Positions 11,201-25,451 of a DNA stretch of 64,000 bases are shown here, piece by piece (positions within the stretch are counted from its first letter, which is position 1; each line of letters begins with the position of its first letter). Origin of the DNA: Tubiluchus corallicola (taxonomy: Eukaryota; Animalia; Priapulida); NCBI GenBank assembly GCA_030141605.1, contig JAQGDQ010000198.1, forward strand, positions 124,001 to 188,000, in the 5' to 3' direction. A program made the translations under genes and the position numbers. The notes below the pieces were generated by a model. That model was not told where the DNA came from. It saw only the letters and a list, made by a program, of their open reading frames with translations, and ran no database searches.

Positions 11201-14200
11201 ACCTGCTTTATAGTGAGTAATTCGGCAGAAACTAGTGCATCTACAGCATCGCTGATGGCAGACTGTAAAGTTGTACATGGCTGTAAAAACACATTATTAT
11301 TAGATGCGCTTAAAAAGAATTATATGACTATGATCATAAGTAAGCTTAATTTGATTTGTGTAAGAAAAACACTTAATAATTTTAATTGCCCTAGACAACA
11401 TATTAAATATTAGTACACAGAATTACATATTATTAAATGTACATTTATCTACTGTTTGAATTGGGAAAGGTCTCGTGTATGAACTAAAACAAATAAATTT
11501 ATTGCAGCTCTATATATTTGGGCTTAAAGTGTTTTCTGTCAAGATTCATAGAAACAAGATTTTTGCCTTTTCCCTCATATTTTAAGAAAACAAAAGTCAC
11601 ACTAAAGTCAAGCAAAAATCACAAAATCCTTACAGGAGCAAATATGAATTCATACTGCAACATGGAACATATATCACAAGCAGCTGAAACCAGTGCCTGA
11701 CGAGGAATTGAGATTTGTTCTTTGTCCTTATTTTGCATCCTGTATAGTGCCTTTATGGCGGTAACTGTAACACAAGCAGCATAAAACTGTCAAAATACTG
11801 TGGTTTATTACATGCATTCTTAAACACAAGATAAACACAGCACAATACCAGATAACCAGTGTAGGCATAAAGATAACTGCAGTGGAAATATAATAAATGT
11901 AAGAATCTGTCAATAATGAAAAATCACATAACATTATTTATAGTAAATTTTATTGTAAATAATAACGTTTCAAGAACACACTTCTTCACATCTCTGTAAT
12001 ATAATTTTACATAGAGCAGAGGAGAGGATTAAAGATTATATAATGAAGGCAAGAACATGCGTGTTCTCGAAACACCATCATTTACACAAAATTACAAATC
12101 ATTTACAAATCTTGTAAACTTACGAATAAATACATACTTGAATTCACTCACCTACGATACTTTCATTAACAAATACAGCAGAAGCTGTGCTACTGTAATA
12201 AGTGAGATGAAACACATCAGGCAAAGATGTTTTCGGAATAAGAAAGCAGCTATCTGCATATGACTTGCCTTCAGGTTGAGGATCTACTAATACCTAAAAT
12301 AAAAACATAGTGTACAATACAGCAATATTAAAACTAAAATGTTGATCTTTAAACGTGGTGCATTTATTGCAGACAATGCAGAAAGAACTTTGGTTTAAAT
12401 TTCAGCAAAGAAAACACGATTTTTTTGTGCTTTCTAAGTAACTTTATCATGAAACAATTCAATACCCTGGCTATAACTCATTTTTGCAAAAGCCTCCATC
12501 CTCTATTCCACAATAACAGTTACAAGTTTAACATCTTCACATAGAATACTGGTCACAGATGAAACCCAAAGCTGATTTTATAGATAATTAAAAAATATGA
12601 TTTTGAAAAATATTTAAAAATTGTTGCAAGCATTAAGATTTTGAATCAAACACAGAATCTTCGAAAGTTGCTAAAGAAACAGCAAAGTAACAGCTGCAGT
12701 ACCATATTATTGTCAATGCAATGCATATATTTGAAAAAAAAGTTTAAAAGCTAAAGTATAGACAGGTTTTAATTTAAAAAAATATTTTACATTCAGCTTA
12801 ACTAAAGTCATTTTAAACAGCAATCTTACCAAACTGGCAACAAACTACAATATTCTTTAGCTTATGTAAGTTACTCACCTTATCATAGCACACATCTAGC
12901 GCATGTTGAATTACAGCACTACTATGACCGGAAAATCCAACGTCTCTCTCACGAAACAAAACCTCCTTTCTCAACCAGTTAAAACTGTTCACCAGTTCAG
13001 CCAATTCAACACCCTAAAATAAAGTTCCATACAATACAAGCTATGCAACTAAAACAGAATAGTGAAGTGGTGCAGCTAAACTTTCTGGCACCCAAGGCGG
13101 CACCCAAATTTACTGTCCTCTTCTCCAATGAACAACGTAGGTAGCAACATCTTTGTGACTTTAAATTTGTAAAATTTAGCACTATTGCATTCTAGTTGCA
13201 ATAATTTGTGGAGGTGAATTGACAAAAACAAAATAAAGCACTACTGTAAAAATTTGTTTGCGAAGAAGTCAATTCACCCTGCATGCTTCAAAAACTACGA
13301 TACACATACTCAAAAACTTCTTCAGAAAAATCACATGTGATTATAAATGTACTTTAAGACGTGTACTACACAAAATTGTGAAAACAAAGGAAAGAAAACT
13401 ACATAAAGATTACAAAGATATTAAATCACTAATTATCATCTTCCTTAATTTGTGTCAAACTTTCAACAGTAAGCACTATAGGCATTGTTTACATGGAAAA
13501 CTGAATTGTGTCAGGCATTTTGCCTTTTGTTAAGAAAAATATACAAACACGTTGAATAATGTTTAAATATTTATTAAACAGCTAATTCGCAAACATAAAC
13601 GGTTTGTGAAACAATGACTATGCAAACGTCACTAAGCCTACAACAATAAACGCATAAAGTACACAACAACATTTGCCTACTGCACACAGACACTATGTAA
13701 GTTTTGTAACATCTTTCTACTGTACTGACAAGATGAACTTATTCAGTGCACTTAATCAAAGCGCCCACTCAGAAAAGTGCTACCTGCGGAGTACTGCCCC
13801 CTCTGCCCCATTTAGCTATATGAAGTTAATACCAGATGAAAATCAAAATACAGAGCAGATCAAATGGCTTAGATAAAGAAGAATATACTCATTGCTACTG
13901 GTCACATTTAACAACTTTAACAGTTACTACTTTTTGCAGCTCAAAGTTTTTATGAATGCAATAAATATTGAAAAAAGTAATGACTAATATGTTAACAAAA
14001 AACAAATGAAAGACAGAACATGATGGGAACAAACCACAGTGATTGAAGTGCAATATAAACACACAACTGTCCACTCATAGCAAATAACATGCTAACAGAA
14101 CTTACCTTCCGATATTTGACTAAAAGAAGGAGTGCCAGCAAATTTGTGCTCATGATAGGTGTACCACTCACAGAAGCTATGAAAGCAAACAAATTCATAT

Positions 14201-17200
14201 GTTTATGTGCTAAATGATACGTGCTAAAACATGTCATACATCGTAGCAAAATTCACTTAAATCCTTTCTATATTATACTTTCTACACATCACATAACAAT
14301 GATTATTTACTAAAAAGTGCAAAAGCAAATTGGCAGGAAAGCAAGTCATACTTACTATGCAGAACATGAGTTGCAAGACATGCCACTAGGTGCCGCTGTT
14401 CTTCAATCACAACATCAGTACCATACAAGGATGACATGCTGTCTGTGGTAGGATTCTTTCTTAGCCCTCCATTACATGCTAAACGTAAAATGACTTTTAT
14501 TTACTTACGCATGAGATTTTTTACAAATCTCAATTGAAACGAAAACAGTGACCAACTTTAGCATACAGACAAATACATAATAGCCTTTTCGCAGTTCTTT
14601 ATTTAACAGAACTGCCTTACTTAAAACAGTGGAGGAAACTGTATTATTGTTACGTCCAGTAGTCACGTGAATAACAGAACCACAAGTCAGTATACTAATT
14701 TACTTTGTAATATGTAAACTTATATGATAAACATACTCAATTTTACTGTCTAAGTTTTACGAATTAAATTATGAGAATCACAGGTCAGTAAGTACTGTCA
14801 GACTATTCAACAAAACTACATTAATTCCAGCAGATTTTACGACAAGAAAAGAAAAAATTAAAAACTTGTGTGAAAAAATATATAGATAAGGTATCAATAC
14901 TTTTCCAAGTTGGCTGGCAACTAACAATATCATTAATTAGTAATGACTGTGATTGCCAGAATTTGTATTGTCATAATTGGTAAAATAAACTGCATTGGTT
15001 TATACAAAATTTTGGCAATCACTGTTATAATTAACTAAAAATACAGATACCCAATGATCTTCCATTGCGATAACCATTAGTAAGATCTGGTGAAATTGGC
15101 AAACTTTCTCTGAATGCTGGAATGATCTGTGTAGACTGCACAAACTCCTGGAAATGCAATAAAAATGTATATGCAGTTTTTTAAATGTTAAACTACAAAA
15201 TGACCCGCAACAGTTTCTTTTATTAATTTCCTCAAAAATGCAAAACAACAAAATTATTTCACATTTATCTGTTAAATATTTCTGCATGCAACATCACAAT
15301 CACACAGGAAACAAGAACAGGTGAAGCATAGAACTAGCAATGTTTAACACTTGCTAGCCATTGGAAAAGTTACCTGTAATGAAAATGGTTGGCAGAATGT
15401 GACACGAACATGACCATAATTGGTCCTTAACACCTGATATATAGCTCTCACTGCTCCCCAAAATGACTCAGGGACTTTCTTCTTACCCTGTAGTGGTAAA
15501 ATAAGCTAAATGTGATATATAAATATATATATACATCATTTATTTCGAATTATTATAATGCGTTTGTTAGTTTCATACATAAAGAAATAAACAAATACCA
15601 TGCAAGTTAAAAGAAAAGCAAATATATTATCTCACATTTACAATACAATAAAACTTTTACTAAGAAAATTGCTACAACCTGGAAACCTAGAAAAGGTTTC
15701 TGTTGTTCTGTCATCAACTGAAAGAATCTGCATGAAGTTTGAACATTTTAATTCTTATTCTTGTTGTTTAATGTTTTTTATTGTTTTAACCAGGTAAGAA
15801 CTAGAGTCTTGTACTATCTTTGGCTTGGCAGAATACACATTCATTCTAGTAATTTTAATTAAGTTACAAATTTCAAAATCATAGTCAATGCACTCACTCA
15901 TAATGTTTCAAGCCTTTTCACAATAGAATGCATGCAGAATTAAAAGAAAATCTAAGTAATAAACAGTGGCAGTGCTTAATAGCCACCCTTAGTCAGTCAA
16001 GCTGATTTACATGGCTTAGACTGTAATCACCTATGTAAGCAAACAGTCAATTATAATCAGTCATGTAAAAACTGTGCTACTAAAATTAGCTTCCACCTTC
16101 ACTTTTAGCTATAGCAGTATCAATATCCATGTAGGAGGAACTTAGGAAATACCTCAAATGGAAAAGCCATATTTACAAAATCTTGATTCAACAATCTTAA
16201 AGTATGTGAGATGTATATGATTTTTATAATACATATTACAATAAACCTTTACCATGTGTTCATTTACAAACTCCCCATCAAGCACCTTTTCATAACCAAT
16301 ACTAACTGGAACTAGGTATACATCAGACACAAGTCCTGAAATACATAGTAGTATCATAATATTATGGATAAAGCCTAAAATGCCACAATTAGTCTACAGG
16401 TTGATGGTCTACAGGAGAGCATGATACACTCAATAGTATAGTTGCTGTGTAACATGTCCAAATGTACAAAGACTCAAATGCCAGAAATCACTTATTTTAT
16501 TACCAAAACAGTTTCCATTAACCTTTGCCTTCCAGTGCACATTCATGCCAATGACAATACCGGAATATATGAAAACTATAGCCGAAACTACAGTAAACTG
16601 GGTTAATGGTAAACTGTCCAGATGATTAGAAAAACTGATACGACATTCTACTGGTGCTGATGCGAAAATGCACCACACAATGTTTCATATTTCACTTAAT
16701 ACAATTGACACTTGAAATTCAAAAAAAGATGTATTTAACAAATACTTAAACATTTAACTATAGAAAAAATAAACAGGCGGCAACTTCAAAGAAAAAATTA
16801 TGTGAACTATATAAAGGTACTTAGATTTTTTTGTATAAGCAATGGTTAATAGTCTAAGAATTTTTATCATTTCATGAATGGAAACAGTTGCAAATACAAA
16901 TCTTAATAACAATGTCTACCTTTGGTATAAGCATCAACCACAACAGAAAGTAAGCCAGCTTTGGGGAGTATTGCTTTTCCACTCCGAGATCGACCTCCTT
17001 CAATGAAAAATTCCAGATATTCACCTCGTTTTAACAACATCTCCATATACTACAGCAGAAATTTAGTGAAAATAAGGTAAAAGTAAAAATCAATGGTGTA
17101 TCAAAAATTTTGCCACTGCCATCTGCAATTAACGAAATTCAAGTTTACCTAGCACACTTTAATTTTCCTAATACATAATCATTCTTATTGGCATTGAAGG

Positions 17201-20200
17201 CAACTCACATTAACCTGAATTAAAATAGCCAAAAGATGTCAATAATCACCGTTTGCAATACAGCTCGATACATGACATCCTTTTTACCACATGTTTGGTC
17301 CAGTTTTCTCTTTATAAAGAATCCACCTAGACCCTTGAGAAGGTACCTAAAATAACAAGTTATTAATAAATGAAACATTAGTTGTAAAAAAACCTTTAAC
17401 GTAAAAATGAGCCTTCAAATGCAAAGTAAAAATAATAGTAAATGTTACTGAAATTTTGTTGATACTTAGCAACATTTATAATACCATTTCAATGCTAAAA
17501 TACAAAAATTGATAATTCAGTAACAATTACCATAATACGAGTAAGCAAGGTAAATAGAAAAGGAAGCAGTGCCTCTACAAAAGTTATTACGAAAACATAC
17601 TGTGTCGTTGTTTACACATATATGAGCCTAAAAGGGTTATTGTGAAATGACCCTTTTATGACCAACTAAGAAAAAGCATGATAAAACATTTACTCCTTTC
17701 TTTAAAAAATTAAATTGAACGTGCTAATGCTTCATAAGTGGACAACACAAAAATATCATTTTTCGCAAAGTTTTGCTCGAAGCATTGTGTTCCAGTGATG
17801 CGCGGATAGCGGATCGACGGTCACGCTGTTACAGAATCAGCAAAAATTTGCGGTTTTGCAGACTGCGAATAGTGAATGGTGTGCCAATATGTGGATTTTT
17901 AATGCCTAAATTTGTGGATTTTATGCGACATTGCAACACACAAAAGTCAAAGTAAAATTTTTAATCGTTTGCACAAAAAGTTTACCCAATTTCAGTACAT
18001 TTTTTGTTTTGTCACCATAATTATTATTTGCGGTGTGGTGTGATGGGGTATTATATGGTGGGGTGATGCATGTACATCGTGTGCTGAGAGTTGTTGTTGA
18101 GAGTTCACAAGCAAAATTCCTTTGTGGAGTCTGGCTAGCAATTTATTATTGATTAGTAATTATAACTCCATACTTCATACAAACAAAGTTTTTAACAATA
18201 TGGCACACATAGAAAGTCTTGCTTTTGCCTAAGTTTTTGAAGATTTGCAGATACGCAATGTTCAAATTTCACACAAATCCACAGATTTTGCGGACGCGGA
18301 TATGTACAGTTGGAGATTTTGTAGTTGCAGATAAACGAGAAGGTGATAACCATGCATCTCAGACTTCAAAAGACGATCCTAATCAACTCCAAAAGAGATT
18401 TACATACTTCAGTGCAAAATCTACTATACCCTAACCCCCTAAGTTACAAATTTTTACCTGAAAAATGGTATATTCAAGTTATCACCAGCAGCAACATGTG
18501 GTGCCCTAATGTCATAGAAAAACAGTATAAATGTCAGCAAAATGTAATCCAAGTGGCTCCTGTGTAGCGGTAAGAACACAAGTGGAATTTTACTCCGAGA
18601 TGCTCTTTGAACCATTTCCAGCTGCCCAGGATGAACTTGTATGCTACCTAACATGCGACCAAGAACATGCAGCAATACCCATCCAGTAATCCTAACAAAA
18701 AAGCTGCTTCAGAATAGAGAAATACAAACAGTACAATAGTAACTTGATGTAAAAGATAGGCACAAAAAACAACAGCAAGCTGGTATCAAAATTTAAAACA
18801 TTTCAAATAAAAAAATGTTTGTGAATTTTCCGTTTGTACACTCAAGCCAGACCAATAATTTGCTAACTAAAAAAACAAAAATATATATATAAGAGCCACA
18901 ATTTTCTGTTACCTAATAAGAGTTGTAGATATGGCTGCCTTCATTGTGCAAAACACTTTAATTGCTCTATTTCTTTGGATTTTCAAGCTATTTGAATGCT
19001 CAAGTTTTTCTTCTCTTTCTGAAATTATAAACACAAAATATTCTCACTGTCTATCACCTTTTCCAACATCTGTTGAAATTATCTGTGTCAGGCTGTTAAT
19101 TAAATGTTCTTCGGTACTGTCTCCAGCATGACATTACTACTGGAAGACAAAAAACAGCCAGTTGTGCTACATTTATTACGACAATAATCATACAAAAAAG
19201 AGTACAAAGCTCTATCAAGTGTCATCCTTCCACCTCCAGGCATTCCTAAAGTATGATTCTTCTTTGTTTTAATGAGAGAAAGTCAACAGCCAAATATTAC
19301 CTGATGCTGCGACATCCTGCCTTCATCATATTTTTCATAAATGCAGTATGGTAATGCTCATAATGCATGTTACTATTGTTTTTGCCGAATCATATTATCC
19401 TTACCATCCTGATCTTCTTCAGCTGCATATTCAATAGCTTCAAGAACAGACGGATTGTTCATCACTTCTGTGTGAACGTCTGAATATTTGTGATTACAGT
19501 TCCTCTGAGCACAGCATATAATGTAACCCATGCGCCTAGTCAACCAACCAGATGACCTAAAAAGTTGATAAAGTAAAAAATGATTACTACGTAGTTTGAA
19601 CAGATCATCAGTTAATATAAGTTATTTACAGTATTCTTGTGTACAATTCAGCTCTGCACAAGCTGAAATCCAGCATTCGATGATAGAACATATTTGTGGC
19701 TATGGGAGGGCCATAATCTGGCTCAGTATCAAGACTGATGATCTAAGTGAGACAATAAACTGACAAGCATTGTCTCAGCCATGTACAGATGTGAAGGTAT
19801 TCTCCCTCAGCAAGGTACACAACCTGTGTAAGTCTAACGGGTATCAGTGTTGCTTAGTTTCGGTCGTGAAGCACATATCGACACAACTCGGCTATTTACT
19901 CCACAAAGATTTTAATAAAATAACAAACTGTGTTAGTAAAAACCGGACTTATAGCTTCAGCATTAGGAAGTATAGCTGTTAATCTGTTCAGTATTACAAG
20001 AGTTGGCACAGTAATGTGGATCAAATAATATGCCGGCTAGCAAAATCGCTTTCAAATACAGAGAAAGTATTATACAGAAATACAAGAAAGTACACTAAAA
20101 GCAAGAAAACTTACTTTTTCACAGTATCAACATGAAAAATATTTTTCAGTACCATATTTGAAGTGAAAGACTGATCAAAAAAATTATTCTGAAATAAATA

Positions 20201-23200
20201 AAGTCTGATTAATAATGTTGCTAACATAATCACTGATGTAACGAATTTCGCCCTGCTTAACAGCTTCATACTAATTAAAATTACTAAGTAAAACCTTTAT
20301 AAAAGACTTAAAAATATAACTAACGACATGCTACAAAAACTTAAAGTAGTCAAAATGATTCAAAAGCGACGAATTCGTAATTTATGTAAATAGTGCATAA
20401 CTTACCCTAGATAATGCTAAGCAGGTGTTACAGCAACGACCTAGGAAAGGCCTATAGGTTCCACTTGTAACAAAAAAGGTGGGACTTGATTTAAATGGTG
20501 CCAAAAACTTTCCACGATACTGAAATTTAAAATAAAACAGTAGTGTGTCTTGCTAAATCCCAAATACACTATAGTACATGTATAGCACATATTCGCGCAC
20601 ACTGAATGTTCAGGTAACGAAGTTTACAGAAAAATAATAGGAAAATTAAAGATGTACACACGTGATCTTATTAACAGCTAATTAGCAATGATTTGTGACA
20701 GATCAGTGCTTGAAAGAAAGCTGTGTATGACTGAACAAAAAATGCCTCAAATCTACAACTTTGTACATCATGCAGACTGTATACAGTTTAACAGCACTAA
20801 CAAAAATTGTACATAATGATATGCACCTCAAAACTTGTGAGACACTATATACATTATCTAGTTTTCTCACCCCTTAATGTGGAACTAATTCTGAACTGCT
20901 CCATTATTCATCACTTTCACTTGGCAATGAAATATCAATAGTGCCACAGCAAGCAATGAAACAAGATCATCAGTGATTGGTTATTAAACAAACAGCTGTT
21001 CACTAACCTTCAACTGTCAATAACTTTGTAACCTTCATGTAATTGACTAAGCAACACCTCCATTGACTGTTAACGGTGTGTACTTAACGAGTGAGAGAAT
21101 AACTTCAATTATCACAAATAAACAAATGATTGCAAGCATAAAAAGCTATAAATTTGACCCATTCATTTGCAGAAACATGGTTTGGCAGCATACAAACAAA
21201 TCAGACCAATCTGCAGTTCAAACAGATGCTAACATTTTGTTTGTTTGCATACATTTAGCAGGTGCAAACTTGATCGATCTGGACCATTAATACCTAAATA
21301 AATCTTGAGAGTTGCAAGCCTGATGAAGACCCTGCATTATTACGATTATTGTGATTCAGCGTCATTGCAACCCTTTCACTACATTTTAATCATAATTATC
21401 TTCTGAGTAGCAAAAGCTCATACTCATGCTGCTGCAGAAGCAGCAAGATGACATTCCATAGAGATCAGTAGTACAACTATTACAGGTTGTCCGGAGTAAA
21501 TTAATACAGTTTCTCAATCTGCTCGATCATTTTTGAGAATTTAGCAAAATAGCAAAACTGAAAATCCTTTTTGCAAATGTTCACAAGAAAAACCACACCG
21601 AAAAACACTACAGTGAAACTAATAAGCTTTAAAATGTAATAAAATGTGATGTAGCTTTTGATATTTATTACCAAATAGAATTCTGTTCCAGTAATAAAAT
21701 ATATAAAACTTAAGCTATTAAAATATTTGAGAATAAGATAGTTGTTAGTAGCCGAAACTGACAAAACTGACAAATTTTGCTAAGTTATACATTGAAATGA
21801 GCAAAAAATATGTATAAGGCATTTGGAAGAACACATCAGCAACAAAAATAATGGTGTAAGAATGAAAAAAATAACAGTCTACTTACCCAGACATCGTTAG
21901 AGCAACCATAATGCTTGTCAAATCGAGATCTTGGTGGCTTAGCTGGCAGATTGTTAAACTTTCTCTTCCAAGCCAGAGATGGTTTTACTCTGTAGCCCGA
22001 CATAGCAGAAGACTGCTTTTCCCATTTTTCATACACTTTGTTCAAATTTTGCAACAAATCACCCACTAAAAAATTTAAATTAATGAACACTAGTGTGAAT
22101 ATACGCACCAAATTTTTTTTTTACATTCTGACACATGATACAAATCTGTATCACTAAAGTACTTTCAATACTGCATACGGCATTACTTAGACATTAGCAG
22201 TATTTATAAAAGCAAATGAGGCCTTTTCTATGTGCAAATGAAAACTGGTGGACTGCAAATGACTGAAAGAAGTTTTAAACACAGACAATAAGATTATTTC
22301 GTGACTGCTAAGAACTGACTGTATTAGAGAATAATCGATTGTTTAAAATTTTTTTGCAGACTGCAATAGGTTGCAAAAAATTGGAAGGCGAGAAACAATG
22401 ATTTTTATATAATTAACATCGAGTTGTTGTCATTATGGTATTAGTTATTGCAATAACTTCAAAATTTTCCTTTAATTTTTTGCATTTCTTCTTTATTCCT
22501 TGTAACACATAAATTACACAATTTGGCTGGTAACATTACTAATGGCAGAATTTCTTTGGCACTGCATTGTTCTTCATAGCCCATTCCATTAGCAGCCCTT
22601 CAGTTAAAATATTCATTTTACAGCATGTGGAATGTAAGTTAGAATGAAAAGGCCATGAATAGAATGATTAAATAATTTTGAGGCTACTCAGCATCTCTGT
22701 TTGCCAGTTCAGTCTGTCCTGGCCTCCTAGGCTTAGCAGTGCTATTATTATTGTGTCATTGTTTGTTGTTGATTTTAAAGGTAATTACCGCACCAACCCT
22801 AGTAAAGTTTAAATCTTTAACGCTTAAAAGTTATCAGACAATATATGCTGCCCTGAGCAAATAAATGCAGCGATGTATCTGGGAAAGTTGTAGACTCCGT
22901 ATTTCATTAACATAGGTGACAAGGGTAAGGTGTAAAATCACGTGACAGAGCTCTAATCACAAAACAAAAAAGAAAGGTGAAAAGAAAACCCATGTTGCAA
23001 GAAAACGAATAGAGCATGTAATGTTTTTTTTTGCTCCATTTTAATTTCACTATAGAAAAGTATAGCTGATTTCAACAAGACTATTCGTGACCCACTCGCC
23101 TTGTACAACCTTAGCCAAAAAAAGCTTAGTCAGAAAGACAAATGAAAACATATTTTTGTGAAATAAATACCGATGTGCTCTTACCAATTAGGTTGAAAAA

Positions 23201-25451
23201 TACAGTTACATGAATGAGGACATGATTTTTTCTCTCAGAAAAGACGTTCATCATCCTTCTTATTTTGATTGCTTGGTAATTCCCATGAGCTAATTGTAAT
23301 TTATTATCTTGGTTACAGTAAACTTCAAATAGATTCAAGTCTAATCAATTTTCGCTTTACTATTCATTAACAAATAAGAAACTTGTTCAAGTTCAACCAC
23401 TTGAACTGCTAACAATTTTCCAAAGTTTCAATTTTCACAATCGATTGATAGCAGTCGGAGATGATGTAAGATTTACATTTCACTTAGGCTTTTTCAATGT
23501 ATTTTCCTTTCACTTATGTTTTTCAACAGATTTTCATATCATTTATGTTTTTCAACAGATTTTCATTTCACTTACGTTTTTTCAATGTATTTTCATTTTA
23601 CCTATGTTTTTCAATAGATTATCATTTCACTTGTGTTTTTTTCAATAATTTGATCCCCGCAAATTTTTTTGAGTTTTACAGTTTTCAAAAAATAGCTCAA
23701 AACGCTAGGAAACTTAAAAGAAAATATCTACAAAATAAAATTTATTTATTTTTAATGAAGCATTATGATCTTTAAACATTAATCATTAAGGACACTTAAA
23801 TCCAAAAACTGTACTATAAAATTTCCTTGTCCTTTTTGTATTAAAATTTTTTCAGTAATTTTGCATCACAGCAAATAAAAGCAAACAAAAAAAAAACAAA
23901 ATATTTTATTTATTTTTAGAATTTTCTTTTTTTCAGTTTTAATAGTAGTTGGTTTGCAAAACTGTTTCAGTTTCGTTTCGTTTCGGTATCGGTTTCCCAT
24001 GTTTCATAAATTTCGGTTTCGGTAACATCCTTGCACCAAATATCTGGAAAACATGTGCAATATGTGGGCTACCCATTGAATTGCCACACTAAGTTTCATT
24101 ATACGTGAAATCATAATTACTAATCAAAATTTTAGACCAGATTTTTTATTTCTTGCTCATTTCCTTGTAAAGAATGTAGTATTTGAACAAGTTGCATGAA
24201 GGCTGTTTTATTTGTTATGTACATTATAGCATTCAGTGATCTAACTTAAGAATTTGAATAATTTATTTAATATGACATCTATATAATGGCAATAATGTAA
24301 TGTTTTTATTAATAATAAAGTAAAGTAGCTAGGTCGATTTCAATATATATATTACAGTATTTTTGCTGACAAAATTTAAAATGAAATCACAACAACTGTC
24401 TCTAATTTAAAAATAATTATGTGTAAAGCTGCCTGTAAACAAAGAATAATCTGCAAGTTACTGGTATTGTCATTTATAGAAAAACAAAAACAGTATAAAA
24501 GTGCATTAATAGGCCAATCAAACTATCTATGAATTACAAATTATGGGTACTGTCATTATCATGTACAGTTCATGCATGGGGCATAACGCTAAAAGCCGGA
24601 AAATAAACAACTCACCAGCTTGTAAACCTCAACCAACAGGTTTTAGAAAACGAAATTAAAGACATTACAAATAACCCATACAGTATAACATAGATGGTAT
24701 AGCACATATTTAATTAGCGGATAAAAACTTAGCAGCACCGCTTACATTATAAAACACTGATTGGGATGTAAATAGCTCGTCCGAGAAAAAATGTTTGATG
24801 ACGAGCTAAACAGCTCATATATAGTGCACCATAGGAGTCATAATTCAAATGAGACGCTAAACAAAATGTTATTATTTATCATATAAAACAATTGCTCATT
24901 CTAAAAACATAAAACTGGTGATTTAATGTATCATTATTTTATTAAATTTAAAATTGATTATTACTGAATATTATTTTAATATTTGCTATTATTAAATAAA
25001 AATGAATACGACGATTTAAGCTCGACGGTTTAGAACTAGAAGCTCTTCATTGCAACTCAATCTCTAACTATCCGTTGCTGAGTATTTCAGTAACACTGTG
25101 CGGTACATAAGTTTTTCGTCAGCTCCATACTACTTTTTCATATACTCCAAGTACTTAACCAATATGCTGTATGAATTTTAAGGAGTTAAACAAATTAACT
25201 GCAGGTATTACTGTTGTTATAAATATTCCTCTGCTTGCACTAGACCTTGAGAACACGTTTTTGCCTTTTTGCTGTCGGTGTTGCTGTGCATGATACGACT
25301 GTGCTGCCACCTGCTGGCTAATGTTATAATGCAGATCTCATGGTTCACGCGCAACGACCTAGGGAACGATTAATTCGTATCGTGCCATTAATTTATCGTT
25401 TATACAGTTAAAATAAATTAAAACGTTTGTCAAAAATAATTTACGTTTACT
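8255..25451 (-). CDS. GPAM: Glycerol-3-phosphate acyltransferase 1, mitochondrial (GPAT1/GPAM)
   Basis: Phase-consistent GT-AG exons: (25451, A of ATG, tentative), 21887-22065, 20406-20519, 20115-20188, 19405-19556, 18913-19018, 18458-18691, 17250-17346, 16920-17049, 16253-16335, 15374-15487, 15051-15147, 14356-14478, 14106-14176, 12879-13013, 12152-12293, 11634-11764, 11203-11280, 9413-9547, 8761-8884, 8255-8502. Acyltransferase motifs PLHRSHLDY, GGFFIKR, FFIEGGRSRSGK and VPVSIGYEK, plus the GPAT1-type N-terminal RPFLGRCCNTC. Confidence 0.95.
9661..10659. mobile_element. hAT-like non-autonomous DNA transposon in a GPAT1 intron
   Basis: Termini TAGTGATGGATCGA / TCGACCCATCTCTA are imperfect inverted repeats with clustered CCGAT(C) subterminal motifs; the 8-bp TSD is degenerate. 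Confidence 0.5.
13064..13828. mobile_element. Degenerate hAT-like MITE
   Basis: Left end AGTGGTGCAGCTAAA...GGCACCC and right end TGCCCCCTCTGCCCCATTTAGCTATATGAAGT resemble decayed hAT-type TIRs; boundaries approximate. Confidence 0.35.
17793..18362. mobile_element. Degenerate hAT-like MITE
   Basis: CAGTGATGCGCGGATA at the left end versus TAACCATGCATCTCAG at the right end, with repeated GCGGAT/GCAGAT subterminal motifs. Confidence 0.45.
23471..23646. repeat. Minisatellite, ~6 copies of a ~29-30 bp unit
   Basis: Unit approximately TTTTCATTTCACTTATGTTTTTCAA(C/T)(A/G)(G/T)A repeated in tandem; it explains the spurious ORFs 23445-23648 and 23497-23775. Confidence 0.85.
25302..25318 (-). promoter_or_regulatory. 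CTCF-like binding motif near the 5' end of GPAT1
   Basis: Reverse complement GCCAGCAGGTGGCAGCA matches the CTCF core CCASYAGRKGGCRS, in an otherwise AT-rich context. Confidence 0.5.

Noticed and set aside
18428-18443. Telomerase-RNA-like template (ACCCTAACCCC)
   Set aside because: Short match next to a splice site, with no pseudoknot or H/ACA context.
19302-19404. Extension of a GPAT1 exon to the donor at 19301
   Set aside because: In-frame TAG shortly after 19405; the 19405 donor gives the right phase.
21318-21375. Hammerhead ribozyme core (CTGATGA; also near 19736 and the - strand CTGACGA near 40950)
   Set aside because: No stem II followed by GAAA and no closing stems.
23471-23646. CRISPR-like array (~29-bp periodicity)
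   Set aside because: Units are head-to-tail with no unique spacers, no cas genes, and the context is a eukaryotic intron.
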